A DNA stretch of 64,000 bases, taken from positions 10,243 to 74,242 of the forward strand of contig JAUCBJ010007869.1 of NCBI GenBank assembly GCA_032718475.1, in the 5' to 3' direction. A program made the position numbers and the translations under genes. This stretch comes from Nemertoderma westbladi (lineage: Eukaryota; Animalia; Xenacoelomorpha). Numbering within the stretch: the stretch's first letter is position 1; every line of letters begins with the position of its first letter. Positions 44,145 through 57,500 of this stretch are shown here, piece after piece. The notes below the pieces were generated by a model that worked only from the letters and a program-made list of their open reading frames with translations, did not search any database and was not told where the DNA came from.

Positions 44145-44515
44145 GTTTCACAAATAATACCAAACTCACCCATAATTTTAGCTGTAAACGGACTTCCTGG
44201 GATGTGTTTCATCAATAATACCAAACTCACCCATAATATTAGCTGTAAACGGACTCCCTGGGACATGTTTCGTCAATAATACAAAACTCACCAGTAATTT
44301 TAGCTGTAAACGGACTCCCTGGGACATGTTTCGTCAATAATACAAAACTCACCAGTAATTTTAGCTGTAAACGGACTCCCTGGGATGAGTTTCGTCAATA
44401 ATACAAAACTCACCAGTAATTTTAGCTGTAAACGGACTCACTGGGATGTGTTTCGTCAATAATACAAAACTCACCAGTAATTTTAGCCGTAAACGGACTC
44501 CCTGGGATGTGTTTC
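44145..44515 (-). repeat. 61-bp tandem repeat of filamin exon 3' end + GTGAGT donor, 6 donors
   Basis: ctcacc at 44165, 44226, 44287, 44348, 44409, 44470. The unit includes the exon codons [13 protein letters not shown]. Confidence 0.92.
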
Positions 44516-44648
44516 TCGGCGAATTTCACTGTAATTTTGTACTCGCCGGGTAAGGTAGGGGTGTAGGTGACCGAACATGTGCCGTTCTTGTTGTCTAGAC
44601 AACGTAGCTCCGCCTTTGATGGACCTTCTATAGCCAATGAAAGACCAC
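44475..44648 (-). CDS. FLN: Filamin exon (174 bp): [57 protein letters not shown]
   Basis: Filamin Ig repeat consensus; acceptor atcacag and donor gtgagt; phase 1-1 matches the upstream exon. Confidence 0.95.
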
Positions 44649-45375
44649 CTGTGATGAATAACCATGACGACTATAAGTGCGATCTGGGAACCTGTCTCTA
44701 CAGGTCAGGTCAGGTATTCTAGGTCATTGATCAAGAAAACTTGCCACCTCCATGCAGCATAAAGGAGGTGCCACCTGTAGCTGCATAGACCCTCTTACTA
44801 GGGCAAATCTGGTCCTGTAACTAGGACCCCCTTCGTTCTGGGATAAGGACGCCCTTGGTCCTGGATTAAGGACCCATATACTTAGCTGCAGGGGTATATG
44901 GCCTGGCCAGGCAGATGGTGATCTACCAATGGCTGGTCAGGAGTAGAGTGTTCCATGTCCACTCTGAGAGCACTTCACTGCGACCTGCACCTGGCAGCAG
45001 GGGTACAGGGCATGGCCCAGCAGATGACCTGCACAGCCAATGGTGGGTCATGTGCGCCAGAGTAGATATGGGTGATGGGCCTCATATCTGACTCCACTGC
45101 GACACCCACCATGTGGAATGGCAAACCAGGGTGTGGTATTTGTCCCGAGAGCTGACTCGTCAAAAAAGCACCCCCCAACCACCACTATGGATTACAATAG
45201 TAATGCGGAGGTCCAGCCACTAGAGGCCAGTGGAATGAATGGACACAATCGGCCTCACAGGCGTAAACCTCAGTTATTAAAACCTCAGTAAAATGGTTAT
45301 TCGGGCTACAGTAATACCCGCTTCTCTGCAAAGACCCTAACATAAAACTACCGTAACTAGGTAAACGACACTAAC

Positions 45376-45527
45376 CAGCTCCAGCTTCCTTCGTAACTAT
45401 AGTAAACTCTGCAGGAACACCCGCCTGTCCTGTAGTTAGCCCAGGTCCATGGGCAGTAATGGAGCCGGCCTGCAGGGAGTCCACCCAGAAATGGAACGGG
45501 GAATCCTGCACGCTCACACCGTTATAT
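45376..45527 (-). CDS. FLN: Filamin exon (152 bp): YNGVSVQDSPFHFWVDSLQAGSITAHGPGLTTGQAGVPAEFTIVTKEAGA
   Basis: Acceptor tttacctttacag and donor gttagt; phase 2-1. Colinear with the recalled filamin repeat 16/17 junction (..GSPLQFYVD..VTAYGPGL..FTVNTKDAGEG). Confidence 0.95.
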
Positions 45528-48500
45528 CTGTAAAGGTAAATAGTGGGTGGGGATTCCTTTAATACTAGTTATACAAACTGGAATCCTGCACGCTCACACC
45601 GTTATATCTGTAAAGGTAAATAGTGGGTGGAGATTCCTTTAATACTAGTTATACAAACTGGAATCCTGCACGCTCACACCGTTATATCTGTAAAGGTAAA
45701 TAGTGGGTGGAGATTCCTTTAATACTAGTTATACAAACTGGAATCCTGCACGCTCACACCGTTATATCTGTAAAGGTAAATAGTGGGTGGAGATTCCTTT
45801 AATACTAGTTATACAAACTGGAATCCTGCACGCTCACACCGTTATATCTGTAAAGGTAAATAGTGGGTGGAGATTCCTTTAATACTAGTTATACAAACTG
45901 GAATCCTGCACGCTCACACCGTTATATCTGTAAAGGTAAATAGTGGGTGGAGATTCCTTTAATACTAGTTATACAAACTGGAATCCTGCACGCTCACAGC
46001 GTTATATCTGTAAAGGTAAATAGTGGGTGGAGATTCCTTTAATACTAGTTATACAAACTGGAATCCTGCACGCTCACACCGTTATATCTGTAAAGGATAA
46101 TAGTGGGTGGAGATTCCTTTAATACTAGTTATACAAACTGGAATCCTGCACGCTCACACCGTTATATCTGTAAAGGTAAATAGTGGGTGGAGATTCCTTT
46201 AATACTAGTTATACAAACTGGAATCCTGCACGCTCACAGCGTTATATCTGTAAAGGTAAATAGTGGGTGGAGATTCCTTTAATACTAGTTATACAAACTG
46301 GAATCCTGCACGCTCACACCGTTATATCTGTAAAGGATAATAGTGGGTGGAGATTCCTTTAATACTAGTTATACAAACTGGAATCCTGCACGCTCACACC
46401 GTTATATCTGTAAAGGATAATAGTGGGTGGAGATTCCTTTAATACTAGTTATACAAACTGGAATCCTGCACGCTCACACCGTTATATCTGTAAAGGTAAA
46501 TAGTGGGTGGAGATTCCTTTAATACTAGTTATACAAACTGGAATCCTGCACGCTCACAGCGTTATATCTGTAAAGGTAAATAGTGGGTGGAGATTCCTTT
46601 AATACTAGTTATACAAACTGGAATCCTGCACGCTCACAGCGTTATATCTGTAAAGGTAAATAGTGGGTGGAGATTCCTTTAATACTAGTTATACAAACTG
46701 GAATCCTGCACGCTCACAGCGTTATATCTGTAAAGGTAAATAGTGGGTGGAGATTCCTTTAATACTAGTTATACAAACTGGAATCCTGCACGCTCACTCC
46801 GTAATATCTGTAAAGGTAAATAGTGGGTGGAGATTCCTTTAATACTAGTTATACAAACTGGAATCCTGCACGCTCACAGCGTTATATCTGTAAAGGTAAA
46901 TAGTGGGTGGAGATTCCTTTAATACTAGTTATACAAACTGGAATCCTGCACGCTCACAGCGTTATATCTGTAAAGGTAAATAGTGGGTGGAGATTCCTTT
47001 AATACTAGTTATACAAACTGGAATCCTGCACGCTCACTCCGTAATATCTGTAAAGGTAAATAGTGGTTGGAGATTCCTTTAATACTAGTTATACAAACTG
47101 GAATCCTGCACGCTCACACCGTTATATCTGTAAAGGTAAATAGTGGGTGGAGATTCCTTTAATACTAGTTATACAAACTGGAATCCTGCACGCTCACACC
47201 GTTATATCTGTAAAGGATAATAGTGGGTGGAGATTCCTTTAATACTAGTTATACAAACTGGAATCCTGCACGCTCACAGCGTAATATCTGTAAAGGTAAA
47301 TAGTGGGTGGAGATTCCTTTAATACTAGTTATACAAACTGGAATCCTGCACGCTCACAGCGTTATATCTGTAAAGGTAAATAGTGGGTGGAGATTCCTTT
47401 AATACTAGTTATACAAACTGGAATCCTGCACGCTCACAGCGTTATATCTGTAAAGGTAAATAGTGGGTGGAGATTCCTTTAATACTAGTTATACAAACTG
47501 GAATCCTGCACGCTCACAGCGTTATATCTGTAAAGGTAAATAGTGGGTGGAGATTCCTTTAATACTAGTTATACAAACTGGAATCCTGCACGCTCACTCC
47601 GTAATATCTGTAAAGGTAAATAGTGGGTGGAGATTCCTTTAATACTAGTTATACAAACTGGAATCCTGCACGCTCACAGCGTTATATCTGTAAAGGTAAA
47701 TAGTGGGTGGAGATTCCTTTAATACTAGTTATACAAACTGGAATCCTGCACGCTCACAGCGTTATATCTGTAAAGGTAAATAGTGGGTGGAGATTCCTTT
47801 AATACTAGTTATACAAACTGGAATCCTGCACGCTCACACCGTTATATCTGTAAAGGATAATAGTGGGTGGAGATTCCTTTAATACTAGTTATACAAACTG
47901 GAATCCTGCACGCTCACACCGTTATATCTGTAAAGGTAAATAGTGGTTGGAGATTCCTTTAATACTAGTTATACAAACTGGAATCCTGCACGCTCACACC
48001 GTTATATCTGTAAAGGATAATAGTGGGTGGAGATTCCTTTAATACTAGTTATACAAACTGGAATCCTGCACGCTCACACCGTTATATCTGTAAAGGATAA
48101 TAGTGGGTGGAGATTCCTTTAATACTAGTTATACAAACTGGAATCCTGCACGCTCACACCGTTATATCTGTAAAGGTAAATAGTGGGTGGAGATTCCTTT
48201 AATACTAGTTATACAAACTGGAATCCTGCACGCTCACAGCGTTATATCTGTAAAGGTAAATAGTGGGTGGAGATTCCTTTAATACTAGTTATACAAACTG
48301 GAATCCTGCACGCTCACAGCGTTATATCTGTAAAGGTAAATAGTGGGTGGAGATTCCTTTAATACTAGTTATACAAACTGGAATCCTGCACGCTCACAGC
48401 GTTATATCTGTAAAGGTAAATAGTGGGTGGAGATTCCTTTAATACTAGTTATACAAACTGGAATCCTGCACGCTCACTCCGTAATATCTGTAAAGGTAAA

Positions 48501-51500
48501 TAGTGGGTGGAGATTCCTTTAATACTAGTTATACAAACTGGAATCCTGCACGCTCACAGCGTTATATCTGTAAAGGTAAATAGTGGGTGGAGATTCCTTT
48601 AATACTAGTTATACAAACTGGAATCCTGCACGCTCACAGCGTTATATCTGTAAAGGTAAATAGTGGGTGGAGATTCCTTTAATACTAGTTATACAAACTG
48701 GAATCCTGCACGCTCACTCCGTAATATCTGTAAAGGTAAATAGTGGTTGGAGATTCCTTTAATACTAGTTATACAAACTGGAATCCTGCACGCTCACACC
48801 GTTATATCTGTAAAGGTAAATAGTGGGTGGAGATTCCTTTAATACTAGTTATACAAACTGGAATCCTGCACGCTCACACCGTTATATCTGTAAAGGATAA
48901 TAGTGGGTGGAGATTCCTTTAATACTAGTTATACAAACTGGAATCCTGCACGCTCACAGCGTAATATCTGTAAAGGTAAATAGTGGGTGGAGATTCCTTT
49001 AATACTAGTTATACAAACTGGAATCCTGCACGCTCACTCCGTAATATCTGTAAAGGTAAATAGTGGTTGGAGATTCCTTTAATACTAGTTATACAAACTG
49101 GAATCCTGCACGCTCACACCGTTATATCTGTAAAGGATAATAGTGGGTGGAGATTCCTTTAATACTAGTTATACAAACTGGAATCCTGCACGCTCACTCC
49201 GTAATATCTGTAAAGGTAAATAGTGGGTGGAGATTCCTTTAATACTAGTTATACAAACTGGAATCCTGCACGCTCACAGCGTTATATCTGTAAAGGTAAA
49301 TAGTGGGTGGAGATTCCTTTAATACTAGTTATACAAACTGGAATCCTGCACGCTCACACCGTTATATCTGTAAAGGTAAATAGTGGGTGGAGATTCCTTT
49401 AATACTAGTTATACAAACTGGAATCCTGCACGCTCACACCGTTATATCTGTAAAGGTAAATAGTGGGTGGAGATTCCTTTAATACTAGTTATACAAACTG
49501 GAATCCTGCACGCTCACACCGTTATATCTGTAAAGGATAATAGTGGGTGGAGATTCCTTTAATACTAGTTATACAAACTGGAATCCTGCACGCTCACTCC
49601 GTAATATCTGTAAAGGTAAATAGTGGGTGGAGATTCCTTTAATACTAGTTATACAAACTGGAATCCTGCACGCTCACAGCGTTATATCTGTAAAGGTAAA
49701 TAGTGGGTGGAGATTCCTTTAATACTAGTTATACAAACTGGAATCCTGCACGCTCACACCGTTATATCTGTAAAGGTAAATAGTGGGTGGAGATTCCTTT
49801 AATACTAGTTATACAAACTGGAATCCTGCACGCTCACAGCGTTATATCTGTAAAGGTAAATAGTGGGTGGAGATTCCTTTAATACTAGTTATACAAACTG
49901 GAATCCTGCACGCTCACAGCGTTATATCTGTAAAGGTAAATAGTGGGTGGAGATTCCTTTAATACTAGTTATACAAACTGGAATCCTGCACGCTCACACC
50001 GTTATATCTGTAAAGGATAATAGTGGGTGGAGATTCCTTTAATACTAGTTATACAAACTGGAATCCTGCACGCTCACAGCGTTATATCTGTAAAGGTAAA
50101 TAGTGGGTGGAGATTCCTTTAATACTAGTTATACAAACTGGAATCCTGCACGCTCACAGCGTTATATCTGTAAAGGTAAATAGTGGGTGGAGATTCCTTT
50201 AATACTAGTTATACAAACTGGAATCCTGCACGCTCACAGCGTTATATCTGTAAAGGTAAATAGTGGGTGGAGATTCCTTTAATACTAGTTATACAAACTG
50301 GAATCCTGCACGCTCACAGCGTTATATCTGTAAAGGTAAATAGTGGGTGGAGATTCCTTTAATACTAGTTATACAAACTGGAATCCTGCACGCTCACAGC
50401 GTTATATCTGTAAAGGTAAATAGTGGGTGGAGATTCCTTTAATACTAGTTATACAAACTGGAATCCTGCACGCTCACACCGTTATATCTGTAAAGGATAA
50501 TAGTGGGTGGAGATTCCTTTAATACTAGTTATACAAACTGGAATCCTGCACGCTCACAGCGTTATATCTGTAAAGGTAAATAGTGGGTGGAGATTCCTTT
50601 AATACTAGTTATACAAACTGGAATCCTGCACGCTCACACCGTTATATCTGTAAAGGATAATAGTGGGTGGAGATTCCTTTAATACTAGTTATACAAACTG
50701 GAATCCTGCACGCTCACAGCGTTATATCTGTAAAGGTAAATAGTGGGTGGAGATTCCTTTAATACTAGTTATACAAACTGGAATCCTGCACGCTCACAGC
50801 GTTATATCTGTAAAGGTAAATAGTGGGTGGAGATTCCTTTAATACTAGTTATACAAACTGGAATCCTGCACGCTCACACCGTTATATCTGTAAAGGTAAA
50901 TAGTGGGTGGAGATTCCTTTAATACTAGTTATACAAACTGGAATCCTGCACGCTCACACCGTTATATCTGTAAAGGTAATAGTGGGTGGAGATTCCTTTA
51001 ATACTAGTTATACAAACTGGAATCCTGCACGCTCACAGCGTTATATCTGTAAAGGTAAATAGTGGGTGGAGATTCCTTTAATACTAGTTATACAAACTGG
51101 AATCCTGCACGCTCACAGCGTTATATCTGTAAAGGTAAATAGTGGGTGGAGATTCCTTTAATACTAGTTATACAAACTGGAATCCTGCACGCTCACACCG
51201 TTATATCTGTAAAGGTAAATAGTGGGTGGAGATTCCTTTAATACTAGTTATACAAACTGGAATCCTGCACGCTCACAGCGTTATATCTGTAAAGGTAAAT
51301 AGTGGGTGGAGATTCCTTTAATACTAGTTATACAAACTGGAATCCTGCACGCTCACAGCGTTATATCTGTAAAGGTAAATAGTGGGTGGAGATTCCTTTA
51401 ATACTAGTTATACAAACTGGAATCCTGCACGCTCACAGCGTTATATCTGTAAAGGTAATAGTGGGTGGAGATTCCTTTAATACTAGTTATACAAACTGGA

Positions 51501-54500
51501 ATCCTGCACGCTCACAGCGTTATATCTGTAAAGGTAAATAGTGGGTGGAGATTCCTTTAATACTAGTTATACAAACTGGAATCCTGCACGCTCACAGCGT
51601 TATATCTGTAAAGGTAAATAGTGGGTGGAGATTCCTTTAATACTAGTTATACAAACTGGAATCCTGCACGCTCACAGCGTTATATCTGTAAAGGTAAATA
51701 GTGGGTGGAGATTCCTTTAATACTAGTTATACAAACTGGAATCCTGCACGCTCACACCGTTATATCTGTAAAGGTAAATAGTGGGTGGAGATTCCTTTAA
51801 TACTAGTTATACAAACTGGAATCCTGCACGCTCACACCGTTATATCTGTAAAGGTAAATAGTGGGTGGAGATTCCTTTAATACTAGTTATACAAACTGGA
51901 ATCCTGCACGCTCACAGCGTTATATCTGTAAAGGTAAATAGTGGGTGGAGATTCCTTTAATACTAGTTATACAAACTGGAATCCTGCACGCTCACACCGT
52001 TATATCTGTAAAGGTAAATAGTGGGTGGAGATTCCTTTAATACTAGTTATACAAACTGGAATCCTGCACGCTCACACCGTTATATCTGTAAAGGTAAATA
52101 GTGGGTGGAGATTCCTTTAATACTAGTTATACAAACTGGAATCCTGCACGCTCACACCGTTATATCTGTAAAGGTAAATAGTGGGTGGAGATTCCTTTAA
52201 TACTAGTTATACAAACTGGAATCCTGCACGCTCACAGCGTTATATCTGTAAAGGTAAATAGTGGGTGGAGATTCCTTTAATACTAGTTATACAAACTGGA
52301 ATCCTGCACGCTCACACCGTTATATCTGTAAAGGTATAATAGTGGGTGGAGATTCCTTTAATACTAGTTATACAAACTGGAATCCTGCACGCTCACACCG
52401 TTATATCTGTAAAGGTAAATAGTGGGTGGAGATTCCTTTAATACTAGTTATACAAACTGGAATCCTGCACGCTCACACCGTTATATCTGTAAAGGTAAAT
52501 AGTGGGTGGAGATTCCTTTAATACTAGTTATACAAACTGGAATCCTGCACGCTCACACCGTTATATCTGTAAAGGTAAATAGTGGGTGGAGATTCCTTTA
52601 ATACTAGTTATACAAACTGGAATCCTGCACGCTCACACCGTTATATCTGTAAAGGTAAATAGTGGGTGGAGATTCCTTTAATACTAGTTATACAAACTGG
52701 AATCCTGCACGCTCACACCGTTATATCTGTAAAGGTAAATAGTGGGTGGAGATTCCTTTAATACTAGTTATACAAACTGGAATCCTGCACGCTCACACCG
52801 TTATATCTGTAAAGGTAAATAGTGGGTGGAGATTCCTTTAATACTAGTTATACAAACTGGAATCCTGCACGCTCACACCGTTATATCTGTAAAGGATAAT
52901 AGTGGGTGGAGATTCCTTTAATACTAGTTATACAAACTGGAATCCTGCACGCTCACAGCCGTTATATCTGTAAAGGTAAATAGTGGGTGGAGATTCCTTT
53001 AATACTAGTTATACAAACTGGAATCCTGCACGCTCACAGCGTTATATCTGTAAAGGTATAATAGTGGGTGGAGATTCCTTTAATACTAGTTATACAAACT
53101 GGAATCCTGCACGCTCACAGCGTTATATCTGTAAAGGTAAATAGTGGGTGGAGATTCCTTTAATACTAGTTATACAAACTGGAATCCTGCACGCTCACAG
53201 CGTTATATCTGTAAAGGTAAATAGTGGGTGGAGATTCCTTTAATACTAGTTATACAAACTGGAATCCTGCACGCTCACAGCGTTATATCTGTAAAGGTAA
53301 ATAGTGGGTGGAGATTCCTTTAATACTAGTTATACAAACTGGAATCCTGCACGCTCACAGCGTTATATCTGTAAAGGTAAATAGTGGGTGGAGATTCCTT
53401 TAATACTAGTTATACAAACTGGAATCCTGCACGCTCACAGCGTTATATCTGTAAAGGTAAATAGTGGGTGGAGATTCCTTTAATACTAGTTATACAAACT
53501 GGAATCCTGCACGCTCACAGCGTTATATCTGTAAAGGTAAATAGTGGGTGGAGATTCCTTTAATACTAGTTATACAAACTGGAATCCTGCACGCTCACAG
53601 CGTTATATCTGTAAAGGTAAATAGTGGGTGGAGATTCCTTTAATACTAGTTATACAAACTGGAATCCTGCACGCTCACAGCGTTATATCTGTAAAGGTAA
53701 ATAGTGGGTGGAGATTCCTTTAATACTAGTTATACAAACTGGAATCCTGCACGCTCACAGCGTTATATCTGTAAAGGTAAATAGTGGGTGGAGATTCCTT
53801 TAATACTAGTTATACAAACTGGAATCCTGCACGCTCACAGCGTTATATCTGTAAAGGTAAATAGTGGGTGGAGATTCCTTTAATACTAGTTATACAAACT
53901 GGAATCCTGCACGCTCACAGCGTTATATCTGTAAAGGTAAATAGTGGGTGGAGATTCCTTTAATACTAGTTATACAAACTGGAATCCTGCACGCTCACAG
54001 CGTTATATCTGTAAAGGTAAATAGTGGGTGGAGATTCCTTTAATACTAGTTATACAAACTGGAATCCTGCACGCTCACAGCGTTATATCTGTAAAGGTAA
54101 ATAGTGGGTGGAGATTCCTTTAATACTAGTTATACAAACTGGAATCCTGCACGCTCACACCGTTATATCTGTAAAGGTAAATAGTGGGTGGAGATTCCTT
54201 TAATACTAGTTATACAAACTGGAATCCTGCACGCTCACACCGTTATATCTGTAAAGGTAAATAGTGGGTGGAGATTCCTTTAATACTAGTTATACAAACT
54301 GGAATCCTGCACGCTCACAGCGTTATATCTGTAAAGGTAAATAGTGGGTGGAGATTCCTTTAATACTAGTTATACAAACTGGAATCCTGCACGCTCACAC
54401 CGTTATATCTGTAAAGGTAAATAGTGGGTGGAGATTCCTTTAATACTAGTTATACAAACTGGAATCCTGCACGCTCACAGCGTTATATCTGTAAAGGTAA

Positions 54501-57500
54501 ATAGTGGGTGGAGATTCCTTTAATACTAGTTATACAAACTGGAATCCTGCACGCTCACACCGTTATATCTGTAAAGGTAAATAGTGGGTGGAGATTCCTT
54601 TAATACTAGTTATACAAACTGGAATCCTGCACGCTCACAGCGTTATATCTGTAAAGGTAAATAGTGGGTGGAGATTCCTTTAATACTAGTTATACAAACT
54701 GGAATCCTGCACGCTCACAGCGTTATATCTGTAAAGGTAAATAGTGGGTGGAGATTCCTTTAATACTAGTTATACAAACTGGAATCCTGCACGCTCACAC
54801 CGTTATATCTGTAAAGGTAAATAGTGGGTGGAGATTCCTTTAATACTAGTTATACAAACTGGAATCCTGCACGCTCACAGCGTTATATCTGTAAAGGATA
54901 ATAGTGGGTGGAGATTCCTTTAATACTAGTTATACAAACTGGAATCCTGCACGCTCACAGCGTTATATCTGTAAAGGTAAATAGTGGGTGGAGATTCCTT
55001 TAATACTAGTTATACAAACTGGAATCCTGCACGCTCACAGCGTTATATCTGTAAAGGTAAATAGTGGGTGGAGATTCCTTTAATACTAGTTATACAAACT
55101 GGAATCCTGCACGCTCACACCGTTATATCTGTAAAGGTAAATAGTGGGTGGAGATTCCTTTAATACTAGTTATACAAACTGGAATCCTGCACGCTCACAG
55201 CGTTATATCTGTAAAGGTAAATAGTGGGTGGAGATTCCTTTAATACTAGTTATACAAACTGGAATCCTGCACGCTCACAGCGTTATATCTGTAAAGGTAA
55301 ATAGTGGGTGGAGATTCCTTTAATACTAGTTATACAAACTGGAATCCTGCACGCTCACACCGTTATATCTGTAAAGGATAATAGTGGGTGGAGATTCCTT
55401 TAATACTAGTTATACAAACTGGAATCCTGCACGCTCACAGCGTTATATCTGTAAAGGTAAATAGTGGGTGGAGATTCCTTTAATACTAGTTATACAAACT
55501 GGAATCCTGCACGCTCACACCGTTATATCTGTAAAGGTAAATAGTGGGTGGAGATTCCTTTAATACTAGTTATACAAACTGGAATCCTGCACGCTCACAG
55601 CGTTATATCTGTAAAGGTATAATAGTGGGTGGAGATTCCTTTAATACTAGTTATACAAACTGGAATCCTGCACGCTCACAGCGTTATATCTGTAAAGGTA
55701 AATAGTGGGTGGAGATTCCTTTAATACTAGTTATACAAACTGGAATCCTGCACGCTCACAGCGTTATATCTGTAAAGGTAAATAGTGGGTGGAGATTCCT
55801 TTAATACTAGTTATACAAACTGGAATCCTGCACGCTCACAGCGTTATATCTGTAAAGGTAATAGTGGGTGGAGATTCCTTTAATACTAGTTATACAAACT
55901 GGAATCCTGCACGCTCACAGCGTTATATCTGTAAAGGTAAATAGTGGGTGGAGATTCCTTTAATACTAGTTATACAAACTGGAATCCTGCACGCTCACAG
56001 CGTTATATCTGTAAAGGTAAATAGTGGGTGGAGATTCCTTTAATACTAGTTATACAAACTGGAATCCTGCACGCTCACAGCGTTATATCTGTAAAGGTAA
56101 ATAGTGGGTGGAGATTCCTTTAATACTAGTTATACAAACTGGAATCCTGCACGCTCACAGCGTTATATCTGTAAAGGTAAATAGTGGGTGGAGATTCCTT
56201 TAATACTAGTTATACAAACTGGAATCCTGCACGCTCACAGCGTTATATCTGTAAAGGTAAATAGTGGGTGGAGATTCCTTTAATACTAGTTATACAAACT
56301 GGAATCCTGCACGCTCACAGCGTTATATCTGTAAAGGTAAATAGTGGGTGGAGATTCCTTTAATACTAGTTATACAAACTGGAATCCTGCACGCTCACAG
56401 CGTTATATCTGTAAAGGTAAATAGTGGGTGGAGATTCCTTTAATACTAGTTATACAAACTGGAATCCTGCACGCTCACAGCGTTATATCTGTAAAGGTAA
56501 ATAGTGGGTGGAGATTCCTTTAATACTAGTTATACAAACTGGAATCCTGCACGCTCACACCGTTATATCTGTAAAGGTAAATAGTGGGTGGAGATTCCTT
56601 TAATACTAGTTATACAAACTGGAATCCTGCACGCTCACACCGTTATATCTGTAAAGGTAAATAGTGGGTGGAGATTCCTTTAATACTAGTTATACAAACT
56701 GGAATCCTGCACGCTCACAGCGTTATATCTGTAAAGGTAAATAGTGGGTGGAGATTCCTTTAATACTAGTTATACAAACTGGAATCCTGCACGCTCACAC
56801 CGTTATATCTGTAAAGGTAAATAGTGGGTGGAGATTCCTTTAATACTAGTTATACAAACTGGAATCCTGCACGCTCACACCGTTATATCTGTAAAGGTAA
56901 ATAGTGGGTGGAGATTCCTTTAATACTAGTTATACAAACTGGAATCCTGCACGCTCACACCGTTATATCTGTAAAGGTAAATAGTGGGTGGAGATTCCTT
57001 TAATACTAGTTATACAAACTGGAATCCTGCACGCTCACAGCGTTATATCTGTAAAGGTAAATAGTGGGTGGAGATTCCTTTAATACTAGTTATACAAACT
57101 GGAATCCTGCACGCTCACACCGTTATATCTGTAAAGGTAAATAGTGGGTGGAGATTCCTTTAATACTAGTTATACAAACTGGAATCCTGCACGCTCACAC
57201 CGTTATATCTGTAAAGGTATAATAGTGGGTGGAGATTCCTTTAATACTAGTTATACAAACTGGAATCCTGCACGCTCACACCGTTATATCTGTAAAGGAT
57301 AATAGTGGGTGGAGATTCCTTTAATACTAGTTATACAAACTGGAATCCTGCACGCTCACACCGTTATATCTGTAAAGGTAAATAGTGGGTGGAGATTCCT
57401 TTAATACTAGTTATACAAACTGGAATCCTGCACGCTCACACCGTTATATCTGTAAAGGATAATAGTGGGTGGAGATTCCTTTAATACTAGTTATACAAAC

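Noticed and set aside
44700-45300. Extra filamin exon or gene in the 727-bp intron (ORF 44975..45178)
   Set aside because: Flanking exons join in phase with no missing filamin sequence, and the ORF has no recognisable motif.
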